Below are positions 28,657 to 38,708 of a stretch of 64,000 bases of DNA, piece by piece. Below the pieces are notes generated by a model that searched no databases, was not told where the DNA came from, and saw only the letters and a list, made by a program, of their open reading frames with translations. How positions within the stretch are numbered: the first letter of the stretch is position 1; each line of letters starts with the position of its first letter. The DNA is from a virus. The stretch is from IMG/VR virus record IMGVR_UViG_3300045988_115635, positions 41,405-105,404 of that record; one strand, written 5' to 3'. The translations under genes were made by a program, and so were the position numbers.

Positions 28657-30591
28657 CTAAGCGGTTACAGACGTACTGTTGATAGAGAAAGAAATGTAGA
28701 TACGATTAATGCCATACATAGGCGTGTAACCCAAAGAGATGTTGATTTGTGTTGGGTCGGTCGTATCCTGCTCAACAGACGGGTCTGTATATTCTGATAG
28801 ATAACCAGCGTTTTGCATTTGAGACAAAAGCGTATCGGTACTTGATTTAATATCAAGCAGTACCTGTGCAGATGCCACAGAACCGATAAAGCCTGTCTGG
28901 AATGCCCTGCGCAAAGATTTTATAATATAAAGCTTGCAAAGCTGAATGTTAAGTTCACGCTTAATAACAGATGATGTAGAAGTCGTAATGCCCTGAATTA
29001 CAGTCATTTGGCTATTCATCTGGTCGATGTATAACAAGCCGTTGTTTACCTGATTTGACTTAATGGTAGTCGTATAAGATTCGTTAGGACCATACAAGCC
29101 TAATACAGTCTTATGCGTCAATGGCGTGTACTGTGGTAGCGAACTTGCCAAACCAGCAATAGCAGCAGCACCGTAGAAACCAGCAATAGGCTCAACAACG
29201 CTAGTAATACGATTTCTAAAATGGAATGTAGAAGGTGATACCAAAACACAATCTTCACTAGCGATACCCTGTGCATAAGAGATCATCTGATCAGAAGAAA
29301 TAGTACCTTCCGTACCATCAGCACCTAAGAAAGCAATGCGTTCATCAGCATTCTCTTTCATAGCGCGAACGTGAGATTGAGCAGCATTCCAAACTTCTTG
29401 TGAACCATCAACAGGAACAACAATATCAATACCTGTTACCTTGGTGAGTTCATCGAATGCTTGTTCGAAACTCTGCAAAGTATAGGTTGGTGCTGAATCA
29501 TCATATACTGTAGATTCACAAGCACAAGCATAGAAGTCACCCAAGCCACAAAGTGAAGCAATATAAATAGCAAGCGACAAAGGAGACTGGATATTACCTG
29601 CTGCGTCCCAGGGTACGCCGTAGGTATCAATACAAGCGTTGTAGCTTTCGAAATACTTAGCAGTTGTATAATCTTCGCCCTTGTAGTTATAAGAAACAAT
29701 AACTCTATCACCGCTCTTAATTCCACAATAGGAATAAGCGCAATAGAAGTAATTACCCTTAGAATCATCAAAAGCAGGAATGCGTGAAGATGCCGTTCTA
29801 GCAATTCTGCCAGTCTGATAATCTACAACAAAGTCCACACCTTCAATGTAGCCACCTTCTACACTACCAGAACCTGTACCATCTGGGGTATCACCATATG
29901 CGTGACCATCGGTAGCAGAAGATACAATCTTTACGGTAGAAGTAGTACCATCAGCAGCCTTGGAAACATAAGGGTGTGCAAGGGTATAAGATGCTTCACC
30001 CACAAGCTGGATTGGTTCTGCGGTAGTCCAATCAAAGGAAATGGAAAGCTGTGTACCATTTTCTAACCTGCCGCCTACTTTAGCGTAGAACATACCAGTA
30101 TTGTAGTTAATCTCGTAGTCCGTACCCTCGGTGTATTTGGTTTCTGCACTGTCCTTTACCTCAACGGTACCTGCAATCAGATAACCGTTGATAGGCTGAT
30201 TTTCTGCGTCATACAGAATAGAAAAGCTAGAAACAGCGGAATAATAAGTATACTGCTTGTTTGAAACAGTCTGCTTTTCAGTTGAAGTAGTTGTTAAGTT
30301 TCGTGCGATTGATGCTTTTTGGTCTGCACCCTGCGTGATAGTATAGTCAACTCCATTGACAAACTGCGTACCGCTGGTCGAACCAGTAACAGTATAACTA
30401 TCATCAATTACGCCACTGTTATTGAGCTGTACTGCCGTAACATTATCAAGTGTTACTTGCTGTGTAGCAGTTCTGTAACCAATTGCAGGACCCACAAAAG
30501 CGACAACAGCATTGCCACCCATTACCGTATTTAATTGAGGACCTTCAACTTCCTCCGTATAAATACCAGGCAACACATAATCTGTAGGCAT
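28657..30591 (-). CDS. Contractile tail sheath protein
   Basis: N-terminus MPTDYVLPGIYTEEVEGPQ…GNAVVAFVGPAIGY is the classic sheath start (PGVY.EE…G.a.fvG.a..G). 644 aa; ribosome-binding site AAAGGAGCG. Confidence 0.75.
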   Translation of the reverse strand: MPTDYVLPGIYTEEVEGPQLNTVMGGNAVVAFVGPAIGYRTATQQVTLDNVTAVQLNNSGVIDDSYTVTGSTSGTQFVNGVDYTITQGADQKASIARNLTTTSTEKQTVSNKQYTYYSAVSSFSILYDAENQPINGYLIAGTVEVKDSAETKYTEGTDYEINYNTGMFYAKVGGRLENGTQLSISFDWTTAEPIQLVGEASYTLAHPYVSKAADGTTSTVKIVSSATDGHAYGDTPDGTGSGSVEGGYIEGVDFVVDYQTGRIARTASSRIPAFDDSKGNYFYCAYSYCGIKSGDRVIVSYNYKGEDYTTAKYFESYNACIDTYGVPWDAAGNIQSPLSLAIYIASLCGLGDFYACACESTVYDDSAPTYTLQSFEQAFDELTKVTGIDIVVPVDGSQEVWNAAQSHVRAMKENADERIAFLGADGTEGTISSDQMISYAQGIASEDCVLVSPSTFHFRNRITSVVEPIAGFYGAAAIAGLASSLPQYTPLTHKTVLGLYGPNESYTTTIKSNQVNNGLLYIDQMNSQMTVIQGITTSTSSVIKRELNIQLCKLYIIKSLRRAFQTGFIGSVASAQVLLDIKSSTDTLLSQMQNAGYLSEYTDPSVEQDTTDPTQINISLGYTPMYGINRIYISFSINSTSVTA

Positions 30592-30661
30592 TGCGCGCTC
30601 CTTTTCTTAATGTACATTACTTTTTTAATTGTAATTTATATATATTTTGTTCGCTATTTAC

Positions 30662-31363
30662 TTACGCCCCTGGCGTTATGTAAGTAACGCTGCTTTCATC
30701 GTCATTACCTTTAATAATGTATTCGAGCTTGTCAGTATCAACCAATACAGACAGCTTGATTTTCTCAATAAATTCTGGTTTAAATGGGTTGATATAGTAG
30801 AATTCACCGCGAACATCAAAGCTAAATTGCTTAAATACTGTTACTTGATCAGCGTCCCATGGAGTACCCAAAGAATCATTACTTGCAGTATTTCGCATTG
30901 TTTTAGTATTCGGTGCAATGTTGATATAGGGGTTTGAAACAAGAGTTTTCTTAAAGGTATCATCGACCTCTAAAATAGCGATGATAGCGTCTGCTAACAG
31001 AGCTGATTCAACGGGTGATAATGCATATACATCAATAGTTATTCTGCCTGTGTATACATAACAAGCCATATCAACATATGTACCAGGATTATTTTTATCT
31101 TCGATTTGAAACCACTCATTAGGTGCGAATGGCTGCCAACCATCATTAGAATATCCAACGCGAATATAAGGGTATGCCTGTTCAGCTATTGGATAATCTG
31201 TTTCTACTTTTAAGTTTTCGTAGCCGTGAATAGCTACTGCTTCTTCTGACTGCAAAGCATGCCTAACGCTTGCTACAGCAGCGGTTAAGCACGAATAATA
31301 ATACCCAACATGCTTAGGTTCTTGCCAAACAATTACGTCTGACTGATAATCTGCGTCACTCAT
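30662..31363 (-). CDS. Head-tail joining / tail completion protein (233 aa)
   Basis: One of four consecutive small ORFs between the capsid and sheath genes; assignment by position only. Confidence 0.35.
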   Translation of the reverse strand: MSDADYQSDVIVWQEPKHVGYYYSCLTAAVASVRHALQSEEAVAIHGYENLKVETDYPIAEQAYPYIRVGYSNDGWQPFAPNEWFQIEDKNNPGTYVDMACYVYTGRITIDVYALSPVESALLADAIIAILEVDDTFKKTLVSNPYINIAPNTKTMRNTASNDSLGTPWDADQVTVFKQFSFDVRGEFYYINPFKPEFIEKIKLSVLVDTDKLEYIIKGNDDESSVTYITPGA

Positions 31364-31919
31364 TTATCCACTCTATCATTCCGCCAACATAGGCATAATC
31401 TATATCTTCTTGGTGTTTATCTATTGATTCATCAATAGCTTCAGAAATAAATTCTACAGGTTTGTGACCTGGGTGCACCCAGCTTCTAGCCTGCTTATAT
31501 TCAGGCATGAGTTCACCATCTTGATTTCTTATCCAATAGGTTTTCTTACCACTTCTAAATTGATTGATATTGGTTACTTTTCTAAAGATAAGCACGCCAT
31601 CAATCATCATCGGTATTGTTTTGCCGTAGAGTGCTTTCATACTAAAAGATTGAAAGCCGTTTTCTTGATAGATTAAGTAGTGGTAATCTTCATTGATTCC
31701 TACGCCTGCTTCACCTGCTTCATAGTCAGGCGATGGATAAAAAGCAGAAGTGCCACCTTTAAACGTCTTAAAGATAGCACTACCCTTTTCTGCTGCTATA
31801 TTGCAAGCGTCTTTACTTATTTCGTCTAAGACTTGATTAGCTAAGTGAGTGCCAGTTAATGGCATATCACTATACACGTCTTCTACTACTTTTTCGTCCA
31901 TAAAAACCTCTAGGGCCAT
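31356..31919 (-). CDS. Head-tail joining protein (187 aa)
   Basis: Position only. Confidence 0.35.
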   Translation of the reverse strand: MALEVFMDEKVVEDVYSDMPLTGTHLANQVLDEISKDACNIAAEKGSAIFKTFKGGTSAFYPSPDYEAGEAGVGINEDYHYLIYQENGFQSFSMKALYGKTIPMMIDGVLIFRKVTNINQFRSGKKTYWIRNQDGELMPEYKQARSWVHPGHKPVEFISEAIDESIDKHQEDIDYAYVGGMIEWINE

Positions 31920-32626
31920 TGTGGTTTAGATTGCCATTTATTCCCGTTTTGATTATCTGAATTCATGAGGTATTGAGGGTCGCATACATTGTCACGTGAT
32001 TCGGTTAAATCAAAATCAACACCCCAAAATTCTTTTGAATACCTTTTATCAGTAGGGAAAAGTAGCTTACCTTGACCTTGCTGCGAGATAATCATTCTTT
32101 GAAAGTTGGTAGTCATTTCAACATTATTGCTAGAAGTGACACCTTGTAGCGTTTTACATTGAACGCCGCCTTCTAGCTGAAAGATTCTACCAATTAAAGT
32201 AACTTTATCTCCTACCATATCCAAAACTTCAGCAAATACATCACCGTCATGGTAGATAGGCTCACAAGCTGCTTTTATGGTTACGTCAAACTTTTGGCTA
32301 ACACCGTCTTTGCTAACCACAGTATCATCGCTTGTGTTTTCAAGTACAACTACTCTTTTTAACTCTACAGGTCTATAGCCACCTTCAAATGTAGTGCCAA
32401 AACAATTAGGACAGTTCGAAGGTCTTTTTGATTGATGAGATACCTCGTCCCAGCAAGCAGAACAATGTTCTACTAAACCATCTTTATAATCTTGAATAGT
32501 CCAAATACGCCTTACCATAAAGGTAGAACCACAAAGACGCATAGCGTCCATAACAGATTTTCTCGTGTATAGGGTTTCTCGTGATACTTTACCAGCGTCC
32601 CAGAACCCAACTCTACCCATGCTCAT
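31910..32626 (-). CDS. Head-tail joining protein (238 aa)
   Basis: Position only. Confidence 0.35.
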   Translation of the reverse strand: MSMGRVGFWDAGKVSRETLYTRKSVMDAMRLCGSTFMVRRIWTIQDYKDGLVEHCSACWDEVSHQSKRPSNCPNCFGTTFEGGYRPVELKRVVVLENTSDDTVVSKDGVSQKFDVTIKAACEPIYHDGDVFAEVLDMVGDKVTLIGRIFQLEGGVQCKTLQGVTSSNNVEMTTNFQRMIISQQGQGKLLFPTDKRYSKEFWGVDFDLTESRDNVCDPQYLMNSDNQNGNKWQSKPQWP

Positions 32627-32628
32627 TG

Positions 32629-33204
32629 TTATCTACTCCACCAAGGCATTGCTTTTTCGTAATGCTGATAAAATGGGTAGCCTAAATTCGCCCAAGGGGT
32701 AGAAGCCCAGTCAATAAGCACCTGGTTGCTTGAAGCTGCGAGCATATCTTGAAGAATGCTTGATAACTTCTTACCCATATCTTTAAGTTGCCCCATATAG
32801 TCATTAAGTACCGTCTGCCACCTATTGAGGTAGTCTCTACGCACTACGTCAGGAGCACCAACTCGTGAAGTATCAGGAATTTCTACATAACCAATAATAT
32901 ATTCACGAATAACTTCAATTTTTAAGCCAATTTCAAAAGCCTGTTCAAAAACAGGGACGGTAAAAGGGTATGAGTTTTCATCCCAGTTAGCACCTGGGTG
33001 TAGGCAATAAGTCATTACAGTACCTATTGCCGCTGGTACTAACACAGAAACAGTATCAATAGAATATGGCGTTGTTTCTTCTAAAAATGGTCCAAATTCG
33101 TCATTGTCGAATTGCACGTTGAAATAAGAACAAACGTTTTTTACAGCGTTTTGCGCTGGTTCTGGCAATTCATCGAATGTTGGGTGTGTAGGCTGAATTT
33201 CCAT
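32629..33204 (-). CDS. Head-tail adaptor-like protein (191 aa)
   Basis: Position only. Confidence 0.35.
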   Translation of the reverse strand: MEIQPTHPTFDELPEPAQNAVKNVCSYFNVQFDNDEFGPFLEETTPYSIDTVSVLVPAAIGTVMTYCLHPGANWDENSYPFTVPVFEQAFEIGLKIEVIREYIIGYVEIPDTSRVGAPDVVRRDYLNRWQTVLNDYMGQLKDMGKKLSSILQDMLAASSNQVLIDWASTPWANLGYPFYQHYEKAMPWWSR

Positions 33205-33225
33205 ATTACCGCCCCTAGATTTTAT

Positions 33226-33744
33226 TTACTCATTGTCGTATTCAGGAATTTCCTCGGTGAGTTCTTCTAAAGGAGAAACAGATTCTTTAACTTCTTCTTT
33301 TTCTTCTTTTCCCTCGGTCTTTTCCTCGGTCTTTTCCTCGGTCTTCTTTACCCACTTACCGTCTACTTTTTCGTAGTCGTCAGGGTTTTCCTTCTTGTGT
33401 CTACCACAGAAATGAATCTTATCTTCATCGCCATTTGCAACACTTACAACAGCATTGCAAACCTCACCGTTTTTCTTAACTGCTGGACAGTGCACGACAG
33501 TCATTACTTCTTCTTCATCATCTTCCGCAACGTCAATTACCTCAACGTTAGGAATAGCAACCTTTTTCTTTTTAGGAGCGTCAACTACCTCAACTTTGCC
33601 CTGTGCAATAAGAGTTTTAATAGTTTCGTCTTCCTCGGTCGCGTTAACAATGGTTACTGTTTCGCCTGGTCCGATTTGTTTATGGTTTGCGCCATTGTTA
33701 TAAGAAAAATTCTGATAGGTGTTTGTTAGATTTTTAAGAAACAT
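33226..33744 (-). CDS. Hypothetical protein with Cys/His zinc-ribbon-like motif and a KE-rich tail (172 aa)
   Basis: HCPAVKKNGEVCNAV…HFCGRH. First gene after the capsid terminator and motif copy C. Confidence 0.4.
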   Translation of the reverse strand: MFLKNLTNTYQNFSYNNGANHKQIGPGETVTIVNATEEDETIKTLIAQGKVEVVDAPKKKKVAIPNVEVIDVAEDDEEEVMTVVHCPAVKKNGEVCNAVVSVANGDEDKIHFCGRHKKENPDDYEKVDGKWVKKTEEKTEEKTEGKEEKEEVKESVSPLEELTEEIPEYDNE

Positions 33745-33819
33745 TATGTATCTCCTTTTGTTTGGTACGTCATAAGAAAATAATAACCCAAACAGCTAAT
33801 AAACGCACCTATTCGCAAC

Positions 33820-33853
33820 CTCAATAAAATAATTGAGATAGAACAAATGTTTG
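33820..33853. promoter_or_regulatory. Composite element, copy C: CTCAATAAAATAATTGAG + ATAGAACAAATGTTTG (one mismatch in the right half-site)
   Basis: Read from the sequence. Immediately downstream (in the minus sense) of the capsid terminator. Confidence 0.6.
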
Positions 33854-33863
33854 TATTTAGGCA

Positions 33864-33896
33864 TAAAAAAAGACGGGTGGTAAAAACCACCCGCCT
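33864..33896 (-). terminator. Rho-independent terminator after the major capsid gene
   Basis: Minus-strand transcript GGCGGGUGG-UUUUUA-CCACCCGUC followed by U7. Confidence 0.7.
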
Positions 33897-33910
33897 AAGA
33901 AAGTTAATCT

Positions 33911-34876
33911 TTAGTTACCCTGAAGATCCACACGAACAATACCGTAGGAGTTAGCAACAATAAGATTGATAAGCTCGGAATATACCCAACCAATGGTGAA
34001 GTTTTCAGCCTTTGGATTATCTACGCCGTCAAGCTGCTTCAGAATTGGCATCCAACCGATGTACTCTGGCTCTGGAATCATGTAAATCTTATCCAAAGGA
34101 CAAATTACAGAAGTCATGATGGAGAACTTGCCCATCTTAGTAATAGGCTTACCGTCCATAACATCATCGAGGAATTTAACACCAGTGGTATCAATCTTCC
34201 ATGTGTACAGGTCGTTAGCCGTAGCAGGATTCATGATAACTCGGTGAGATTCAAGACGATTCTGAATAGCGATCTTTTCAGCGTTATAGAAAGCCGTAGG
34301 AGAAATATCACCAGTAACGGTAGATACATGAGAGGTAAGACCAGCAGTATCAGGAGAAGATGAGGTGATCTTAGATACAGCAGCATCGAAGCAGCTAAAC
34401 AGATAGCCGTCTTCCTGCTCCATAATACGCTGTTCAGCTTCGCCCTTAGCATAGTCAACCATGTTAATAGCCAACTTGTAAATATCCTCTTCAGAGATTA
34501 CAGGGAAAGCAGCAATACGAATTACATCATAGCGTACACGGTTGCCTTCATACTGCGAGATTTTAACCTCATTGTCATGCGGTTGCAGCTTATAAGCAGC
34601 ACCAAACTCGGTGGTAATATCGTAGAAAAGACCTGCGCCCTGTGGTAGAGGGTCTTCCATAAGAACAGAGCGAACGATGCCTTCATAGCGCAAACGGATA
34701 ATGATAGGACCTACAACGCCCTGTGCAACCTTAGTAGATGCAAGTCTAGGGTCGTGCTTATTTTCAGACAAAATACGATTCAAAGATGCCTGTCGCTTTT
34801 TAGGAGAAGATGGATTTTTACCCAACTCAGCGACAATTTCAGCAGAAGTCTTAGGCATTGCCATAGTTAAACGCAC
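33911..34876 (-). CDS. Major capsid protein (candidate). The true start may be the third Met (MAMPKTS, at 34864), which is preceded by AGGAAGGAAGG
   Basis: About 320 aa, the typical major capsid size. It follows the scaffold and a small head protein, and is followed by a strong terminator and strong ribosome-binding site, consistent with high expression. Confidence 0.5.
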   Translation of the reverse strand: MRLTMAMPKTSAEIVAELGKNPSSPKKRQASLNRILSENKHDPRLASTKVAQGVVGPIIIRLRYEGIVRSVLMEDPLPQGAGLFYDITTEFGAAYKLQPHDNEVKISQYEGNRVRYDVIRIAAFPVISEEDIYKLAINMVDYAKGEAEQRIMEQEDGYLFSCFDAAVSKITSSSPDTAGLTSHVSTVTGDISPTAFYNAEKIAIQNRLESHRVIMNPATANDLYTWKIDTTGVKFLDDVMDGKPITKMGKFSIMTSVICPLDKIYMIPEPEYIGWMPILKQLDGVDNPKAENFTIGWVYSELINLIVANSYGIVRVDLQGN

Positions 34877-34884
34877 CTTCCTTC

Positions 34885-35394
34885 CTAAATAGCAAAGGTA
34901 ACAAAGAGGGTGGTACCCTCCATACCAAGTAATTCACAAATAGTATTAGCGGTCTTAGTCTGTGCATCGGTTTCGAGAGTAAGCAAACCCTTAGCAGTAG
35001 ACTTCAAATAAACATGTTTGCCTGCTTCAAGATTAGTAATCTGTGCAGTCCAACCAGCAGAAGTATCATATGCAGGGGCATAGATAGCGAACTGTGCATC
35101 AGCACCGCCACGCCATACACCCATGAGGTTATCACCGTTTACGCGAACCTCGTCAATACCAAGGGTAGGAGCACAGAAAGAATCTGCAAGACCATAAGGA
35201 GCCTTAGTACCGTCACACAAAGTAACAACTCCATTGCCCAAGTAAGACATAACGCAACCAGGGTAAATATCACCACTAGCAGCGGTAAATTCGGTATCGA
35301 GGGTCATTGGCTGGCAAGTTGCCTGGGTCTTAGCAAACAAAGGCTTAATAGTTCTGTGCTGGTCGACATTACCAGGGGTTACCATAATAGCCAT
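34885..35394 (-). CDS. Head protein (169 aa), paralogous to the 306-aa protein at 40028..40948; decoration/auxiliary capsid candidate
   Basis: The N-terminal segment KPLFAKTQATCQPMTLDTEF…GNGVVTLCDGTKAPYGL aligns with KPIFTKTQATFRDFKVDESA…ENGVTLSTGEEAPLGL in the other protein. Confidence 0.45.
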   Translation of the reverse strand: MAIMVTPGNVDQHRTIKPLFAKTQATCQPMTLDTEFTAASGDIYPGCVMSYLGNGVVTLCDGTKAPYGLADSFCAPTLGIDEVRVNGDNLMGVWRGGADAQFAIYAPAYDTSAGWTAQITNLEAGKHVYLKSTAKGLLTLETDAQTKTANTICELLGMEGTTLFVTFAI

Positions 35395-35412
35395 ATAGAC
35401 ACACTCCTTTCT

Positions 35413-36405
35413 TTAGAACAAAGCACCGTAATTAGGTGCGGTAGATTTTTCAACATTAGCATGCTTTACTGGCATATGCTTTGCTGGCTTAATACCAGCT
35501 ACCTTTTGAGCAGAACCACAAGCACGAAGCTTTTTAGCTACAAGCTTCATTTCCTTTGCAGAATACTTGTTCATGTATTCGTTGCACTTTGCAGCTTCAC
35601 GAACAGTTGCAGGAATAACACCCGCTGCCTTTTCAGCCTTTACCATTTCGAGAGCAGCAACGAACTTTTGCTGTGCTGCTTCTACAGTCGAAGGGGGCTT
35701 TACGCCTTCGCCGTTATCCTTGGTGGTATCGTCTGGGGTGATAGATTCCTCTACCAAATCATCAGATACAGCAACCTCGGTTGCAGTGTCCTTCTGCGGC
35801 AAATCACCGTGGTCTGGGGTATCCTTTACCAAGTCGTCAGAAATAGATTCTTCTGCTTTCTTGGTACGCTTTGCCTTGCGAGAAAGTTTACGCTTTGCAG
35901 CCTTGCGCTTTGCAACTGCTTCAATAGTATCCTCTACAGCTTCTTCAATTACTTCTTCAAGCTGCTCCTGGGGTACATCAACGTCTTCTGGGATAGTTTC
36001 CATTACAGCTTCAGTAGCTTCTTCTGCTACTTCTTCTGCTACCTCGTCAACGTCTTTTCCTTCGGTATCTACATCAACGATCTCATCAAGTTCTTCACCA
36101 TGATCTTCCTGTGCAATCTTAAAGGCTTTAATCTTAATGCGTCTTGCCAAACGCTTTGCAGCCTTTTCGTCTTGCTTAGGTTCAGGCGCGGGTTCAGTTG
36201 GTGCATCAGCTGGTTCATCAACTGGCTTTTCTACTACATCATTAGTAGTATCGTCCTGATTTTCTTCCTGTGAAGTTTTGAGAGTTTTTGCGATACGGGT
36301 CTTAGGAGTAATGTTAGCCTTGCGAGACTTCAAAGAAGAAACATAAGACTGCAACATCTTCTTGCGCTGCTCTGCCGTCAGCTTACCCATAAACGCTCCT
36401 TTCAC
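35413..36405 (-). CDS. Scaffolding protein (candidate)
   Basis: 330 aa, extremely acidic and low-complexity (EE/DV/AE repeats), predicted helical, located directly upstream of the capsid genes. Confidence 0.5.
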   Translation of the reverse strand: MKGAFMGKLTAEQRKKMLQSYVSSLKSRKANITPKTRIAKTLKTSQEENQDDTTNDVVEKPVDEPADAPTEPAPEPKQDEKAAKRLARRIKIKAFKIAQEDHGEELDEIVDVDTEGKDVDEVAEEVAEEATEAVMETIPEDVDVPQEQLEEVIEEAVEDTIEAVAKRKAAKRKLSRKAKRTKKAEESISDDLVKDTPDHGDLPQKDTATEVAVSDDLVEESITPDDTTKDNGEGVKPPSTVEAAQQKFVAALEMVKAEKAAGVIPATVREAAKCNEYMNKYSAKEMKLVAKKLRACGSAQKVAGIKPAKHMPVKHANVEKSTAPNYGALF

Positions 36406-36428
36406 TTCATTAAAAAAAATGACTTATT

Positions 36429-36446
36429 TTGTATATTTCTATACAA
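36429..36446. promoter_or_regulatory. Palindrome TTGTATA-TTTC-TATACAA upstream of the scaffold-capsid operon
   Basis: Perfect 7-bp inverted arms, located between the terminator at 36484-36522 and the scaffold start at 36405. Confidence 0.35.
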
Positions 36447-36483
36447 GAATTATTTTTACATAAATTTTTTAACGCGCAACATA

Positions 36484-36522
36484 GAAAAACACACCCTGCG
36501 TTTATACAAAGGTGTGTTTTCC
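36484..36522 (-). terminator. Rho-independent terminator after the 710-aa gene; potentially bidirectional
   Basis: AACACACC / GGTGTGTT stem with a 15-nt loop, A-run before it and T-run after it on plus. Confidence 0.6.
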
Positions 36523-36563
36523 AAATGCTCTCTCTTTGATTTATTTTAGCTTAATAAACTAAT

Positions 36564-38696
36564 TTAGTCTATATAATCTAAAGCTTCTTTTTGTGCTTGT
36601 TCTAAAGTATCACAAGAACCGTCTGCTACAACCTTACCTGCTAGGCTCTGGCTCATATCTGCTACTTCCCAGTGATACTTACCTGGTACGTAGTAATCAT
36701 AGTCGATTTCAATTTCAAACGGCTCAACAAAAGCTGCCCAAACACCGCTTTGTTCTTCCCAGTCAACTTGCGCATGCTTCTTAGTCTTTGAAGCAATTCT
36801 GCTCATGTTATGATTCAACCATTCATCAGTCTTTTGCTTGCAGTATTCTACTGCTGCTTGATAAGAAGCAAAGCCGTCCTGGGGGTTATTGTATTTCTGC
36901 AACATTTCAGCATAAGAAAGAGTGTTTCTTTCCTGAATTGGCAATGCTTCTGTATCTACAGTTTTTACCTTGCAAATAGTAGTATGCTCATGCTGATTAT
37001 CCATAATTCCATCGAACCACGAATAACAACCAATATATTCGCCAGTAGAACCAAAGCTTCTATCATTAGACCAGCCAGTAAACATTACATAAACGTTAGA
37101 AAGTTCACCAACGTCTTTATATGCACCTGTTCCGTCTTCATCGTCAATCCATTCACCTTGATATTGTGCTTCTTTAGCAGCAGTAGTTACGCGAGTTAAA
37201 GGAGTAGGAGCCATAGCAGCTACAGCATCAAAGTTAAGTTTTTCAAATACAGATGCTTGCTTCATTGCGTATTGCATGTTAGGGAATAAGCCAAAGTCAA
37301 TAATTTTTCCCTGGTTAGAGCAAACAACCAATCTAGGCTTACTTCCAAGGTCGATTTGGGAAACAGTGATCGAAGCTTTTTTGTCTTTAGTATCGCCCTC
37401 GTAGTAAGCATAGAATGGGTTGCTTTCGTCATGACGTGAAACGCTTGGTGCTAAATTTGCGTCTGCTTTCTTGCTATGAGATTTTTTTTTACACTGAAAG
37501 TCGATCTTTCGTGCAACCTTTCGAGATACCTTCTTAGTAATGCGTCTTCTATAAGCATTTCTGCGTGAAGCTGCATACTCATTAGCATCTTCATTCTCAA
37601 CAAATCGAGACAAATCACCGATATTGCTATAAACATCATCGGTAAATTCTTCGATAAACATATTTAAGATTTCGCTGCTATCTACATAGTCTTTAGCGTA
37701 GTCATAAATATCATCAGTATAAATAAGACCGTTATCAATCTCATCATTGATGTATTCATAAACATCATCTTCGGTTTCAAAAGGACCGTCAGATTCGAGG
37801 TCACGCACAATATCATTTGCAAGGTCGTAAGCAGAAGCAGCAACCTTAGAAAGCGCGTTAGCTTTCTTCTTTAAGCTACTTTCTCTTTTCATTTCTTCCT
37901 CCGTAACTTCGGCTTGCCCATCTTCAAAATCTTGCTTTTCTGAAGGGTCTATATACTCCAACCACTTTTGTAGTTCACCCACATGTGCTTTTTCTTCATT
38001 CTTGATTTCGTCAAGACCAGCTTTTATAGATTCATCTTCAATAGCTGCGATTGCATTTTCGTAGCCTTGAATTGCATCTTGCTCATCAATAATCAAATCA
38101 CGAATGATATTTTGAGGTGTAGAAACATCTTCTAATGCTGAAAACTTTTCATTTTCGATACCTTGTGATTCCAAAATATCGTAAACAGCATCGTATAAGT
38201 CATAATCAAGTGCTTCTTTTACTAACTCCCACCAACGATCAGAATAATCATCTAAAGCCTGCTGATGGTCGTAGTCATAAAGAACTTCACGCTTTAGCCA
38301 ATCTACTACAGCGTTAGCCACAGACTGGTCTACCGTGTAAGCTACTTTCTTGTTGGCTTTCTTTGGCAATTTTCCACTTCCTGAAATATCCTGAAGTTCT
38401 TTTCCGTATTCTGGTAGGGTGATAGTTTCTTTTGCCGCCCCTCTACCCATGCATAAAGGTAATTTACCGTCTGCTTCAATCTTCTTACAGAATTCTCTAG
38501 CAGCCTTTTCATCGGCAAAAGTAGAGCATCTTACCGCTTCATTTGGCTTGTCTTTTTCAAAGACACCCGCCCAAATTTGATCACCCGTTTTATCAATAGA
38601 ATAGTTGTAGTTTTCACCGCATGAGGTGAAAATTTTGGGCATCTCTTCTTTCCACCTCAATGCGATCTTACCTACAACGCCTTTTTCTAATCCCAT
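36564..38696 (-). CDS. Head-module protein of unknown function (710 aa) with a ferritin/rubrerythrin-like helix-pair motif
   Basis: DEQDAIQGYENAIAAIEDE…EIKNEEKAHVGEL resembles E…Y / EExxH di-iron ligand helices; a single occurrence only. Confidence 0.35.
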   Translation of the reverse strand: MGLEKGVVGKIALRWKEEMPKIFTSCGENYNYSIDKTGDQIWAGVFEKDKPNEAVRCSTFADEKAAREFCKKIEADGKLPLCMGRGAAKETITLPEYGKELQDISGSGKLPKKANKKVAYTVDQSVANAVVDWLKREVLYDYDHQQALDDYSDRWWELVKEALDYDLYDAVYDILESQGIENEKFSALEDVSTPQNIIRDLIIDEQDAIQGYENAIAAIEDESIKAGLDEIKNEEKAHVGELQKWLEYIDPSEKQDFEDGQAEVTEEEMKRESSLKKKANALSKVAASAYDLANDIVRDLESDGPFETEDDVYEYINDEIDNGLIYTDDIYDYAKDYVDSSEILNMFIEEFTDDVYSNIGDLSRFVENEDANEYAASRRNAYRRRITKKVSRKVARKIDFQCKKKSHSKKADANLAPSVSRHDESNPFYAYYEGDTKDKKASITVSQIDLGSKPRLVVCSNQGKIIDFGLFPNMQYAMKQASVFEKLNFDAVAAMAPTPLTRVTTAAKEAQYQGEWIDDEDGTGAYKDVGELSNVYVMFTGWSNDRSFGSTGEYIGCYSWFDGIMDNQHEHTTICKVKTVDTEALPIQERNTLSYAEMLQKYNNPQDGFASYQAAVEYCKQKTDEWLNHNMSRIASKTKKHAQVDWEEQSGVWAAFVEPFEIEIDYDYYVPGKYHWEVADMSQSLAGKVVADGSCDTLEQAQKEALDYID

Positions 38697-38708
38697 AAAA
38701 TCACGACC

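Noticed and set aside
35014-36273. Long plus-strand ORFs (419 aa and 178 aa) antisense to the scaffold gene
   Set aside because: These are low-complexity Cys/Phe/Ser-rich translations of the complement of an acidic repetitive gene. There is no ribosome-binding site, and they conflict with the uniform minus-strand operon structure.
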